This document shows, one piece after another, positions 1 to 7,895 of a stretch of DNA of 64,000 nucleotides. A program made the translations under genes and the position numbers. This DNA is from an uncultured Gemmatimonadales bacterium (GTDB lineage: Bacteria; Gemmatimonadota; Gemmatimonadetes; Gemmatimonadales; GWC2-71-9). Every line of letters begins with the position of its first letter. Position 1 is the first letter of the stretch. The stretch covers positions 1,728,001-1,792,000 of the forward strand of contig CAWHFW010000005.1 of the NCBI GenBank assembly GCA_963828735.1, in the 5' to 3' direction. The notes under the pieces were generated by a model, which did not search any database, was not told where the DNA came from, and worked only from the letters and a program-made list of their open reading frames with translations.

Positions 1-373
1 GGTCCAGCGTCATCGTATTGAGGAGCGTGAACGCGGCGGCCAGCGCGTGCTTCCCGCGTAGGCCGTAGCCCTCGGTGGGCACCACCACCGGCAGCGGCTG
101 CACGACGTGCGGGGCGATGCGGAGCAGCGCCCGCCGCTCCCGGCTCGACTGCCGGACCCGCGTGATGTCGAGATGCTGGAGGTAGCGGATCCCGCCGTGG
201 ACGATCTTGAGCGAATTGGCGGAGGTCGCCCCACCGAAGTCGGCCCGCTCGACCAGAGCCACCGACAGGCCGCGCTGTGTCGCGTCCCACGCGATGGCGG
301 CACCGCAAATGCCGCCCCCCACCACGACGACATCAAAGGTGCCCGCGGCGAGCGCAGCCGGGTCACGACTCAT
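1..373 (-). CDS. FAD-dependent glycerol-3-phosphate dehydrogenase/oxidase family protein, 5' part (runs off window start)
   Basis: Manual translation from ATG 373: MSRDPAALAAGTFDVVVVGGGICGAAIAWDATQRGLSVALVERADFGGATSANSLKIVHGGIRYLQH. GxGxxG FAD motif plus the GlpD-type TSxxSxKxxHGGxRYL motif. Not in the ORF track. Confidence 0.85.
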   Translation of the reverse strand, partial: MSRDPAALAAGTFDVVVVGGGICGAAIAWDATQRGLSVALVERADFGGATSANSLKIVHGGIRYLQHLDITRVRQSSRERRALLRIAPHVVQPLPVVVPTEGYGLRGKHALAAAFTLLNTMTLD

Positions 374-723
374 GCATCACTCCGGTGTATTGGCCGTTCG
401 CCAGCGTTGTGACGAACCGCATGCCGGGGCTTGCCGGGCGTGTCATTCGGGCCCGAACACCCCGAGGTGAAGGACGTTCTCAGAACGGTTGAAGCCCCGA
501 CGACCCTGACGCGAGAGGATCGCGGACGCGGTGACCACCGACCTGACGGTGCCACGGGCCCGAAATCTACCCGGCATCAGGCCCGTCGAGGGAGTCGGTC
601 CACGCGATCGCAGGCCGAGCGCGCCGGCCTCCTGCAAACGGCGTTCCCGGCATGCCGGGTAGGAAGCAGCCGGCGCTGCTGGAGGGCGGCATGGTCGCGA
701 ACGCCGACCCAAGCCCCGGCGCG

Positions 724-810
724 CCAGGCTATCGCGGCTCCCCAGCTGCCACCGCCCACAAGAACTACCTCGAACGTGCGGCCGATCAGCGCCGCCAGAT
801 CCCTGGTCAC
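724..810 (-). pseudogene. Degenerate copy of the 5' end of the GlpD-like gene
   Basis: MTRDLAALIGRTFEVVLVGGGSWGAAIAW aligns without gaps to MSRDPAALAAGTFDVVVVGGGICGAAIAW (1..373), then similarity is lost. The GTG start overlaps the upstream stop (GTGA at 807-810). Confidence 0.7.
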
Positions 811-1220
811 GTGCTACTCCCGAATGCCTTGACGCGCGGCAGAGCGTGAGCGACGAACGCCGACGCCGCCAGGGTCTCAAGCACGCGACCCGCGAGCGGT
901 ACGGTCGAGCTGCCCCTCAACGTGCTGCTCAGTGCGACCAACAGGATGCCGGCGTTGAGCACCCAGAATGTCGCCCATGGAAGCCACGCGTTGCCGCGCT
1001 CGCTCCCCGTGCGAAAGCGCGGCAGGATCCAGTACGCCACTCCAATGACCAGCTGCACCGTCCAGCCGAACAGCAGCACCTCAGCGTGGACCGGACGGAG
1101 CCATGTCACCCAGGGGCCGTCGGCCAGCTCACGCCCCGCGAGGAGCACGGCGCCGAGCGTGATACCGACGGCCAGATAGATGAGCGAGGTCCGGATGAGC
1201 CAGACGCTGAGTCGCGGCAG
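807..1220 (-). CDS. Small 4-TM membrane protein (NnrS/heme-copper-oxidase-like repeat unit), probable CTG start
   Basis: Frame is open up to CTG at 1220 (LPRLSVWLIRTSLIYL...), matching the N-terminus of the paralog 1221..1634. Shared H-x5/6-GW-x2-Q-x3-GVAYW-x2-PR motif. Confidence 0.75.
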   Translation of the reverse strand: MPRLSVWLIRTSLIYLAVGITLGAVLLAGRELADGPWVTWLRPVHAEVLLFGWTVQLVIGVAYWILPRFRTGSERGNAWLPWATFWVLNAGILLVALSSTLRGSSTVPLAGRVLETLAASAFVAHALPRVKAFGSST

Positions 1221-1634
1221 CTAGCGCTCCTTGATCCGGGGCCAGGTATTGACGACGAAGCCCCACCCCGCGAGCAGCTGGAGCAGGGCGGACGCCGCCA
1301 GCACGCCTCCCGTGCTCTGACCGAGCGCGTGCAGCGGTTCGCCGGCGGCTCGAAGCAGGAGCCCGATGTTGAGCGATGCAAGCGTCACCCATCCGAGACG
1401 CTCGCTACCCCGAGGTCGCTCCGCGGAGTAGCGGGGAAACATCCAGTAGGCGACGCCGAAGATGACCTGGGTGATCCAGCCGACGACGAGCAGGTGGAGC
1501 CAGGTCGGATAGACGACCGCGACCACGGGATACTCGGCGCGGAGGTCCGGCGACTGGAGCAGGACGCCCAGCACCAGCGCGCCGCCAAGGTGAATCATGG
1601 CGGCGCGCAGGTACCAACGGGTCAGGGACGGCAC
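1221..1634 (-). CDS. Small 4-TM membrane protein, paralog of 807..1220
   Basis: MPSLTRWYLRAAMIHL...WLHLLVVGWITQVIFGVAYWMFPRY; four hydrophobic segments. Confidence 0.8.
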   Translation of the reverse strand: MPSLTRWYLRAAMIHLGGALVLGVLLQSPDLRAEYPVVAVVYPTWLHLLVVGWITQVIFGVAYWMFPRYSAERPRGSERLGWVTLASLNIGLLLRAAGEPLHALGQSTGGVLAASALLQLLAGWGFVVNTWPRIKER

Positions 1635-1640
1635 TTCAGA

Positions 1641-2699
1641 TCAAACGGTCGCCGGCTGCACCACGAGCGCCGTCACCATCCCGAACATCCCGTGCTCGGA
1701 TTCGGCGTGCGGCAGGATGTGGCAGTGGAAGGCCCAGGTGCCAGGGTTGGTGGCTTTCACCAGCACGTCCCACCGCTCGCCCGGCGCGATGTTGAGCGTG
1801 TCGCACTTCCACGGCGCCGGCTGGTCCCACCCGTCCTTGGCGATCACGGTCATGTGCATCCCGTGCAGGTGCATGGGGTGGATCAGCATCCCCTCGTTCA
1901 TGAACCGGATGCGCACGGTCTGGCCCATCTTGCAGACCACCGGCTCCGTGGCCGGAAAGCCCTTGCCGTTCAGTGTATAGCCGTGCGCGCCGTCGTTCAG
2001 CACCATCACGTAGTCCACGTCTGCCCGGTGCGCGGGGAGCGGCCGCTTCGGCTCGACGATGAACGCGCCCAGCAGCCCGTTGCCGACCTGGATCGCGGCG
2101 TTGTGATGCGAGTGATACATGTGCGAGCCGGCGTTGGGCACCGTGAACTCGTACGTGTAGCTCTCGCCCGGCTTGACCGGCGGCTGGGTGATGTACGGGA
2201 CCCCGTCCTGATCATTGGGCAGCTCGAGCCCATGGAAGTGGATCGACGTGGACTGTGAGAGCTTGTTGATCAGCTTCACGCGCACCCGATCGCCTTCCCG
2301 CACCCGGATCTGCGGCCCCGGCACCTGCCGGTTGTACGTCCACGCCCGGGCCTTCCGGCCCGGCTCGACTTCCCAGTCGATCTCCTCGGCGGAGAGCTCG
2401 TAGACCTTCACGCCTTTCTCGAGCCGCGGCTCGAGCAGCTGGTTGCCCTTGCCCTCGGTCTTGGCCGGAAACGCCTTTATTCCCTTCTCGTGCATGGCGT
2501 CCATCGCGTCGGCCTTCTGCCGAGGCGTGGACTCCGGCGGCGGGGCAGCCACCTTGGTGGTATCAGCCGGAGGGGCGGCGGCCTTGGTGTCGGCACATCC
2601 ACCCAGGCCGACCACAGCCGGGATGGCCACGGCGACGGCGCCCTTCTTCAGGAAGGCGCGGCGTGAAGTCGGATGGACCAGCGAGGAATGGTCGGACAC
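1641..2699 (-). CDS. Tat-exported two-domain multicopper oxidase (small laccase-like)
   Basis: SRRAFLK twin-arginine signal followed by GLGGC. Cu motifs IHFHG, YHSHH, HPMHLHG, HCHILPH...M. 352 aa fits two cupredoxin domains. Confidence 0.9.
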   Translation of the reverse strand: MSDHSSLVHPTSRRAFLKKGAVAVAIPAVVGLGGCADTKAAAPPADTTKVAAPPPESTPRQKADAMDAMHEKGIKAFPAKTEGKGNQLLEPRLEKGVKVYELSAEEIDWEVEPGRKARAWTYNRQVPGPQIRVREGDRVRVKLINKLSQSTSIHFHGLELPNDQDGVPYITQPPVKPGESYTYEFTVPNAGSHMYHSHHNAAIQVGNGLLGAFIVEPKRPLPAHRADVDYVMVLNDGAHGYTLNGKGFPATEPVVCKMGQTVRIRFMNEGMLIHPMHLHGMHMTVIAKDGWDQPAPWKCDTLNIAPGERWDVLVKATNPGTWAFHCHILPHAESEHGMFGMVTALVVQPATV

Positions 2700-2744
2700 G
2701 GCATGCTCCGGTTCGGGTCGCTACCACATCGAGAACGCGCGCCC

Positions 2745-2788
2745 AGTCTAGCGTGCTCTCCGTGAAGTCGGTGTGGGGGGATCCTGAA
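2745..2788 (-). promoter_or_regulatory. TTCA-repeat promoter cassette upstream of the multicopper oxidase
   Basis: Sense strand: TTCA ggatccc CCCA caccgac TTCA cggagagcacgc TAGACT. Confidence 0.65.
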
Positions 2789-2795
2789 GGTTTCT

Positions 2796-3797
2796 TCAGG
2801 CTCCGTGCGGAGTCAGCACCGCGGCGCCGAGCACCCGGCCCGACCGGACCCGATCCAGTGCGTCGTTCGCGGCGGCGAGCGGCATGGACTCGGTCGCGAT
2901 CTCGAGCGGGACCTCGGCCGCGATCCTGAGGAAGGTCTCCCCGTCGGCCCGGGTGAGGTTGGCGACCGAGCGCACCCGTCGCTCGCCCCAGAGCAGGTCG
3001 TACGAGAAGGAGGGGATCGGCGACATGTGAATGCCGGCGCAGACGACCGTGCCGCCCTTGTCGGTTGCCGAGAGGGCGGCCGGGACGAGCGCGCCCACGG
3101 GCGCGAAGATGATCGCGGCGTCGAGCGGCTCCGGGGGCCGCTCGTCGGAGCCACCCGCCCACTCGGCGCCGAGCTCGCGCGCGAAGCGCTGGCCGTCGGT
3201 GTCGCCTGGGCGGGTAAACGCGAAGACCCTCCGACCCTGGTGTCGCGCCACCTGCGTGATGATGTGCGCCGCCGCGCCGAAGCCGTAGATGCCGACGCGC
3301 TCGGCGTCACCGGTAGCGGCGAGCGAGCGGTAGCCGATGAGTCCGGCGCAGAGGAGCGGCGCCGCGTGCACCGCGTCGTAGGAGGAGGGAATCAGGAAGC
3401 AGTAGCGCTCGTCGGCCACGACGAACTCAGCGTAGCCGCCGTCGTGGTCATAGCCGGTGAAGCGGGCTCGGTCGCACAAATTCTCGCGCCCCGAGCGACA
3501 GAAGCGGCAGACGCCGCAGGTCCATCCGAGCCACGGCACGCCGACCAAGGTGCCCGGCTCGAAACGACGCGCGCCCTCGCCCGATCCCACAATCGCGCCC
3601 ACGATCTCATGACCCGGCACGAGCGGCAGCTTGGGGCGCGACAGCTCGCCGTCCACGATGTGGAGGTCGGTGCGGCAGACGGCGCACGCGCGCACCTCGA
3701 GCAACACCTGCCCCGGCCCGGGTTCCGGTCGGGGCACGTCGGTGATGTGGAGCGGTTGCCCGGGCGTGTGGAAGAGCGCGGCGCGCATGGTTGACAT
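2796..3797 (-). CDS. Zinc-dependent alcohol dehydrogenase (AdhP/CAD-like)
   Basis: CRTDLH, GHEIVG, structural Zn CGVCRFCRSGRENLC, GIYGFGAAA. Start at ATG 3797 or 3788. Confidence 0.92.
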   Translation of the reverse strand: MSTMRAALFHTPGQPLHITDVPRPEPGPGQVLLEVRACAVCRTDLHIVDGELSRPKLPLVPGHEIVGAIVGSGEGARRFEPGTLVGVPWLGWTCGVCRFCRSGRENLCDRARFTGYDHDGGYAEFVVADERYCFLIPSSYDAVHAAPLLCAGLIGYRSLAATGDAERVGIYGFGAAAHIITQVARHQGRRVFAFTRPGDTDGQRFARELGAEWAGGSDERPPEPLDAAIIFAPVGALVPAALSATDKGGTVVCAGIHMSPIPSFSYDLLWGERRVRSVANLTRADGETFLRIAAEVPLEIATESMPLAAANDALDRVRSGRVLGAAVLTPHGA

Positions 3798-3849
3798 GTG
3801 GGAAGATATCAGCAACCCTGCCACGCACCCGATCGGGGAGGAGATGGAC

Positions 3850-4329
3850 TCAGTCGCCTTGCGGGCCTGCCGGCAGGGCACCGGCGGCCGAGCGAATCTC
3901 ATCGTGGCGGATCTGTCCGCCGGACCAGGCGGTCCAGCCGATCAGCAACGAGGTTGCGGCGAGCGCCCCCCAGACAGCCCGCGGGAGCCAGGGTCCACTC
4001 CAGGCCTTGGCTCGAAGGGCAAGTGCGGCGGCCGCCAGGCCGCCCGTCACGAGCGCGGCCACCAGGCTCACGAGTGCCTGCTCCTCGTGGGCTTCGATGA
4101 GTGTCTTGGAAACCCACGGGGCGCGCTCGATCAGCTCCTCCGCCGGCTCACCGGTCAGGTAGATGAGCGCGGTCGCCGCTGCGAGCCCAATGACCAGCGT
4201 CAGAGACACGGTGGTCAATTCGCGGGAGCCGCGCAGGAGTCCAATCGTCAGCAGCAGCAGCAGGAGCGGCGTCCCGATCACCGGGACGTGATTCAGCATG
4301 AGATGAAGATGCGCGGCGTCGATGCCCAT
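3850..4329 (-). CDS. Membrane protein, DUF2231-like (conserved His)
   Basis: HLHLMLNHVP, TGEPAEE, IEAHEE, GGQIRH; four hydrophobic segments. Confidence 0.7.
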   Translation of the reverse strand: MGIDAAHLHLMLNHVPVIGTPLLLLLLTIGLLRGSRELTTVSLTLVIGLAAATALIYLTGEPAEELIERAPWVSKTLIEAHEEQALVSLVAALVTGGLAAAALALRAKAWSGPWLPRAVWGALAATSLLIGWTAWSGGQIRHDEIRSAAGALPAGPQGD

Positions 4330-4411
4330 GGGAGATCACCAGGTTCAGCCTCGAGTGGGGCGAGAGGAGATTGCCGTCCAACGGTGACGAAGCGGCAACC
4401 CCCTCGCATTT

Positions 4412-4813
4412 TCACAGCCTGCCGGTGGCGACCGCGCGGACAATGTCCGTCGTGGAGATGATGCCGACAACATGGTCGCCCTCGGCTACGAAGAGCCGGT
4501 GCACCTCGGCGTAGAGCATCTGGCGCGCGGCTTCACGAAGGTCTTCGCCCGGCGCGATGGTGAACGGGCGCGGAGTCATGATGTCCCGTACCGGCGTATT
4601 CTCCAACAGGGACTCGCGGGCGGCGCGATCATCTGCCTCGGCTTCCGCGGTCAGCACGTCGGTGGTCGAAAGGACGCCGATGACTCTTCCGGTGCCATCC
4701 ACCACCGGCATGCCCGAAATGTGCTCGTCCGCCAGAGCGACAATAGCCTCGGCGAGGCTGGCTTCGCTCGGTACCGACTTGACGTTGCGCTGCATGAGTT
4801 CGGCGACCGTCAT
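4412..4813 (-). CDS. CBS domain pair protein
   Basis: MTVAELMQRNV...ISGMPVVD...VIGVLSTTD and VRDIMT...VVGIISTTD; GAGGA RBS before ATG 4813. Confidence 0.9.
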   Translation of the reverse strand: MTVAELMQRNVKSVPSEASLAEAIVALADEHISGMPVVDGTGRVIGVLSTTDVLTAEAEADDRAARESLLENTPVRDIMTPRPFTIAPGEDLREAARQMLYAEVHRLFVAEGDHVVGIISTTDIVRAVATGRL

Positions 4814-4840
4814 GGTATCCTCACGGTGGAGGTCACGCAC

Positions 4841-4884
4841 AACATGCGGTGGGACGGCTGAATCCAGCGTGAAGGACGCATGAA
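4841..4884 (-). promoter_or_regulatory. TTCA-repeat promoter cassette upstream of the CBS gene
   Basis: Sense strand: TTCA tgcgtcc TTCA cgctgga TTCA gccgtcccaccg CATGTT; three perfect repeats at 11-bp period. Confidence 0.75.
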
Positions 4885-4955
4885 ACGACCTTCCCAGATC
4901 CGCGCGCGGGATGACACCCCTCTTTCGAAACTCCCACTCGTCGAGGATCTGGGGC

Positions 4956-4981
4956 AACAAAAACCCGGGTGGGAACCCGGG
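4956..4981 (-). terminator. Intrinsic terminator downstream of hsp20
   Basis: Minus strand CCCGGGT-tccc-ACCCGGG followed by TTTTTGTT. Confidence 0.7.
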
Positions 4982-5003
4982 CTACTGAGGGGAGCAGTGG
5001 GAC

Positions 5004-5459
5004 TTACTTGATCAGGATCTTGGTCGCGGCCAGTGGCGTCTCCTTGGGGAGATGCAGCACCAGCAGGCCATCCCGATACTCGGCCGCCACCTTCTTCTCG
5101 GCCACCGGCTTGGACAGGCGGATCGTGCGGACAAACTTCCCGATCGCGCGCTCCTTCACCAGATAGCCTTCGCCCTCGAACTCTGGAGCGAACTCCCTCG
5201 TGCCGGTGATGATCAGCAACTCACCGGTGAGGTTGACGTCCAGGTTCTCCTTGTGGATGCCGGGCACCTCGAGGCGGACCACATACTCCGTGGGGGTCTC
5301 GATCATGTCCATCACCGGGATCCACTCCGCCCCCGTGGTCTCGAACGGGAATGGCGGCACCGGCTCCGTCAGGAACCGCGGGACCAGCAGTCGATCGAAC
5401 ACCCGATCGAACTCCTCGCCCAGCTTCCCCACCATGGGGTTCCGCAGTGCAACTCGCAT
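5004..5459 (-). CDS. Hsp20/alpha-crystallin small heat shock protein
   Basis: WIPVMDMIET...VRLEVPGIHKENLDV...ERAIGKFVRTIRL...AEYRDGLLVLHLPK; GGAGG RBS before ATG 5459. Confidence 0.92.
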   Translation of the reverse strand: MRVALRNPMVGKLGEEFDRVFDRLLVPRFLTEPVPPFPFETTGAEWIPVMDMIETPTEYVVRLEVPGIHKENLDVNLTGELLIITGTREFAPEFEGEGYLVKERAIGKFVRTIRLSKPVAEKKVAAEYRDGLLVLHLPKETPLAATKILIK

Positions 5460-5487
5460 AACACCTCCTGGTTTGAACTGCGTCGCC

Positions 5488-5531
5488 AACATAGCACTCG
5501 CCCCATGATGCCAGGATGAAACCCGCGTCAA
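5488..5531 (-). promoter_or_regulatory. TTCA-repeat promoter cassette upstream of hsp20
   Basis: Sense strand: TTGA cgcgggt TTCA tcctggc ATCA tggggcgagtgc TATGTT. Confidence 0.65.
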
Positions 5532-5582
5532 GAAGCCCTCATTCGTCGCTCACCTGCTCATTTCGTGTCCTTGGTGGGATTC

Positions 5583-5626
5583 TTCCCACCCGATTCACCG
5601 TTTCTTAAGGGTGACGGCCCTATGAT
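5583..5626 (+). promoter_or_regulatory. TTCA-repeat promoter cassette upstream of the 5655 gene and USP
   Basis: TTCC cacccga TTCA ccgtttc TTAA gggtgacggccc TATGAT. Confidence 0.7.
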
Positions 5627-5654
5627 GGAGCCCAGACCACACCGGGAGGACGCC

Positions 5655-6149
5655 ATGTCCGCCGTCGCATCGCCCGTCTATGTCGGATCCACTGAGGAAA
5701 CCCTCGACGCCGTCCTCGCGCCCACTCACGATACGTGGGTCAACGAGGCGCGGCACCTGCTGGGCTCGGCGTCGGCGCCCGGCGCGCCGGATTGGAAACG
5801 GTGGACGACGGTGCGCTGGCTCAACGATCAGTTCCTGCGCTGGTTCCTGGCCGAGTGGGCGCTCCTGAACGAGCTCCGGCCGCACCTGACGATCCGCGAA
5901 GACGAGATGATCGGCGCGGGCGAAGAGCAGATCGCCCAGCTCCGCGTGGCGCTCGACCGGGTGGCCCGGCGTCGTGGCAGCGCGGCCGAATTCACCGCGC
6001 TGGCGCAGAGATTTCTGCAGGCGCTCGAAATGTGGTGCGCCGAATGTGAGCTGGCGGCGCGCCGGATCCACTGCCGGTACCTGTCGCGCGATGCGCGACG
6101 GCTGCTCGAGGACGTGGAGGCCGCGTCGGGCGTACAGCCGCACATGTGA
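5655..6149 (+). CDS. Hypothetical helical protein, paralog of 7401..7850
   Basis: GGAGGA RBS before ATG 5655. HDTWVNEAR...WKRWTTVRWLNDQF...RRRGSAAEF is similar to the 7401 protein. Confidence 0.75.
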   Translation: MSAVASPVYVGSTEETLDAVLAPTHDTWVNEARHLLGSASAPGAPDWKRWTTVRWLNDQFLRWFLAEWALLNELRPHLTIREDEMIGAGEEQIAQLRVALDRVARRRGSAAEFTALAQRFLQALEMWCAECELAARRIHCRYLSRDARRLLEDVEAASGVQPHM

Positions 6150-6193
6150 AACGCGCCGAAGCGGTGCGCCGGCACTCAACGTCGAGGTGATTC

Positions 6194-7198
6194 ATGTCGA
6201 TCAACGCATCGCAGTTTCGCTCCATCCTGGTGCCGCTGGACGGCTCGCCGCTCGCGGAGCGGGCGCTCGCCGTCGCGGCCAGGATCGCGCAGGCGGGAAA
6301 CGGGAGTCTCGCCCTGGCGCTGGTGCACGAGCCCCCGCCGATCCCGTTCGATAAGCCGGACCCTGCGCTGGTGGCCTCCGGAGAGGCGGCCGTGGCGCGC
6401 GCCGAGGAGACCTATCTCACGGGCATCGAGACGCGGCTCCGCGGAGACGGCACCCCGGTGTCCTCCGCGACGATTCTGACCGGCGAAGTCGGACCGTGCC
6501 TCGCCGATCAGGCGCGGTCGCTCGGTGTCGACCTGGTCGTGATGCCGACACATGGCCGGGGCGGCGTGCAACGCCTCTGGCTGGGAAGCGTCGCCGACTA
6601 TCTCGTGCGTCATCTCGACGTTCCGGTGCTGGTGTTGCGGGCGGGCGAGGTCGCCGATCGCGTGAACGCGACGTCAGCCGCTACGCAGCTGCTCGTGCCA
6701 CTCGATGGTTCACCGCTGGCCGAAGAGGCGCTGGCTCCGGCGGCGGAGCTCGCGCGGCTCTCCGACCTCGAGCTCAGCTTGCTGCAGGTCGTCCGTCCCG
6801 TCGCGTTCGTCACCGAGCCCGGCCTCACGCTCCCGACTGCCTACGACCGGGAGCTCACGGACAGCGTGGTGGATCAGGCCAGGGACTACGTTCGGGATCT
6901 GGTCGAGGACCTGCGGGCGCGCGGTTTCCGGGCGACGGGTTCCGCGGTGATCGGATGGAACCCGGTCGACACGATTCTCGAGATCGCGCGCCCCGAGCAG
7001 GTCGCCATGGTGGCGCTGGCGACTCATGGGCGGGGCGGAATGACGCGCCTCGCGCTCGGCAGCGTGGCCGACGAGCTGATCCGGGCCGCGCGCGTCCCGG
7101 TGCTGGTCATGCGGCCGACACTCATCGGGCGCGCGGGCGCCGAAAGCCCCGCAGTCGCAACCGGCGCAGCTGAGCCGCTGCCTCTCCGTTCTCGATGA
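6194..7198 (+). CDS. Universal stress protein, tandem USP domains
   Basis: Two ILVPLDGSPLAE motifs and two THGRGG...LGSVAD motifs. Confidence 0.93.
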   Translation: MSINASQFRSILVPLDGSPLAERALAVAARIAQAGNGSLALALVHEPPPIPFDKPDPALVASGEAAVARAEETYLTGIETRLRGDGTPVSSATILTGEVGPCLADQARSLGVDLVVMPTHGRGGVQRLWLGSVADYLVRHLDVPVLVLRAGEVADRVNATSAATQLLVPLDGSPLAEEALAPAAELARLSDLELSLLQVVRPVAFVTEPGLTLPTAYDRELTDSVVDQARDYVRDLVEDLRARGFRATGSAVIGWNPVDTILEIARPEQVAMVALATHGRGGMTRLALGSVADELIRAARVPVLVMRPTLIGRAGAESPAVATGAAEPLPLRSR

Positions 7199-7203
7199 CA
7201 CCA

Positions 7204-7231
7204 ATGGGGCCGTCCAAGTGGACGGCCCCAT
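7204..7231 (+). terminator. Perfect hairpin after the USP gene
   Basis: ATGGGGCCGTCCA-ag-TGGACGGCCCCAT, 5 nt after the stop; weak U-tract. Confidence 0.6.
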
Positions 7232-7328
7232 ATTGACCCTGCCTCCCGTCTTGCGGGTACGCTTTTCTCGTGCACCGCTTTCGCATCCTTGCGGGGGATC
7301 GCTTCACGCGGGCGCACGCGAAGGCTCC

Positions 7329-7372
7329 TTCTCCGTCTCTTCACCCTTCCTTCATCCTCGCGAGTGTAGTCT
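7329..7372 (+). promoter_or_regulatory. TTCA-repeat promoter cassette upstream of the 7401 gene
   Basis: TTCT ccgtctc TTCA cccttcc TTCA tcctcgcgagtg TAGTCT. Confidence 0.75.
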
Positions 7373-7400
7373 CGAATCGTCACTCGAGCCGAGCGAACCA

Positions 7401-7850
7401 ATGACCGTACCGAACACGACATCCTTCCCGGGTGCGGAGCTCTCCGGCTTCCACCGCTTGTGGATCACCGAGGCCCGTCGCTTCCTCGCTCCGGCGCTCG
7501 TATCAGGTGCCGACTTCTGGACGCGATGGGCCGCGGTCCGGTATCTGTCCGACGATTTCCGGGACCGCCACGCCACGGAGCTCGTGCTGATGCATCGGCT
7601 CCGGCCTGTGCTCGCCGAGGACGTCGCGGCACGACTCGTCACTGGTGGCGATGGGGTCTTCCACCTCCGGCTGGAGGCGGATCGTATCGGACGCCGCAGG
7701 GGAACGGCCAAGGAATTCGCCGAAGGCGTAGGGGCGCTGCTGGAGCGGCTGGAAACGTGGCTCGAGGAGATCGATCGGGCCGCCGCCGAGCTCTCTCCGG
7801 AATCCCCGATGCCGGCACCGCCGACACCGCTCCACGCCGGGACGCCATGA
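7401..7850 (+). CDS. Hypothetical helical protein, paralog of 5655..6149
   Basis: HRLWITEAR...FWTRWAAVRYLSDDF...RRRGTAKEF; ATG 7401 lies just downstream of the promoter cassette. Confidence 0.75.
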   Translation: MTVPNTTSFPGAELSGFHRLWITEARRFLAPALVSGADFWTRWAAVRYLSDDFRDRHATELVLMHRLRPVLAEDVAARLVTGGDGVFHLRLEADRIGRRRGTAKEFAEGVGALLERLETWLEEIDRAAAELSPESPMPAPPTPLHAGTP

Positions 7851-7895
7851 CACGCACACCACATCCTTCCGCTCGACCCTCGTGCCGCTCGACGG

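Noticed and set aside
468..493. Ninth TTCA cassette upstream of the GlpD-like gene
   Set aside because: TGAA at 468 and 490 are 22 bp apart, but there is no TAnnnT at the required 12-nt distance.
1641..2699. Copper nitrite reductase NirK
   Set aside because: HxH trinuclear-site motifs in both domains and the Cys-containing type-1 site in domain 2 fit a two-domain oxidase; NirK has its type-1 Cys in domain 1.
3800..3850. TTCA cassette upstream of the alcohol dehydrogenase
   Set aside because: A -10-like TATCTT is present but no TTCA units are in register.
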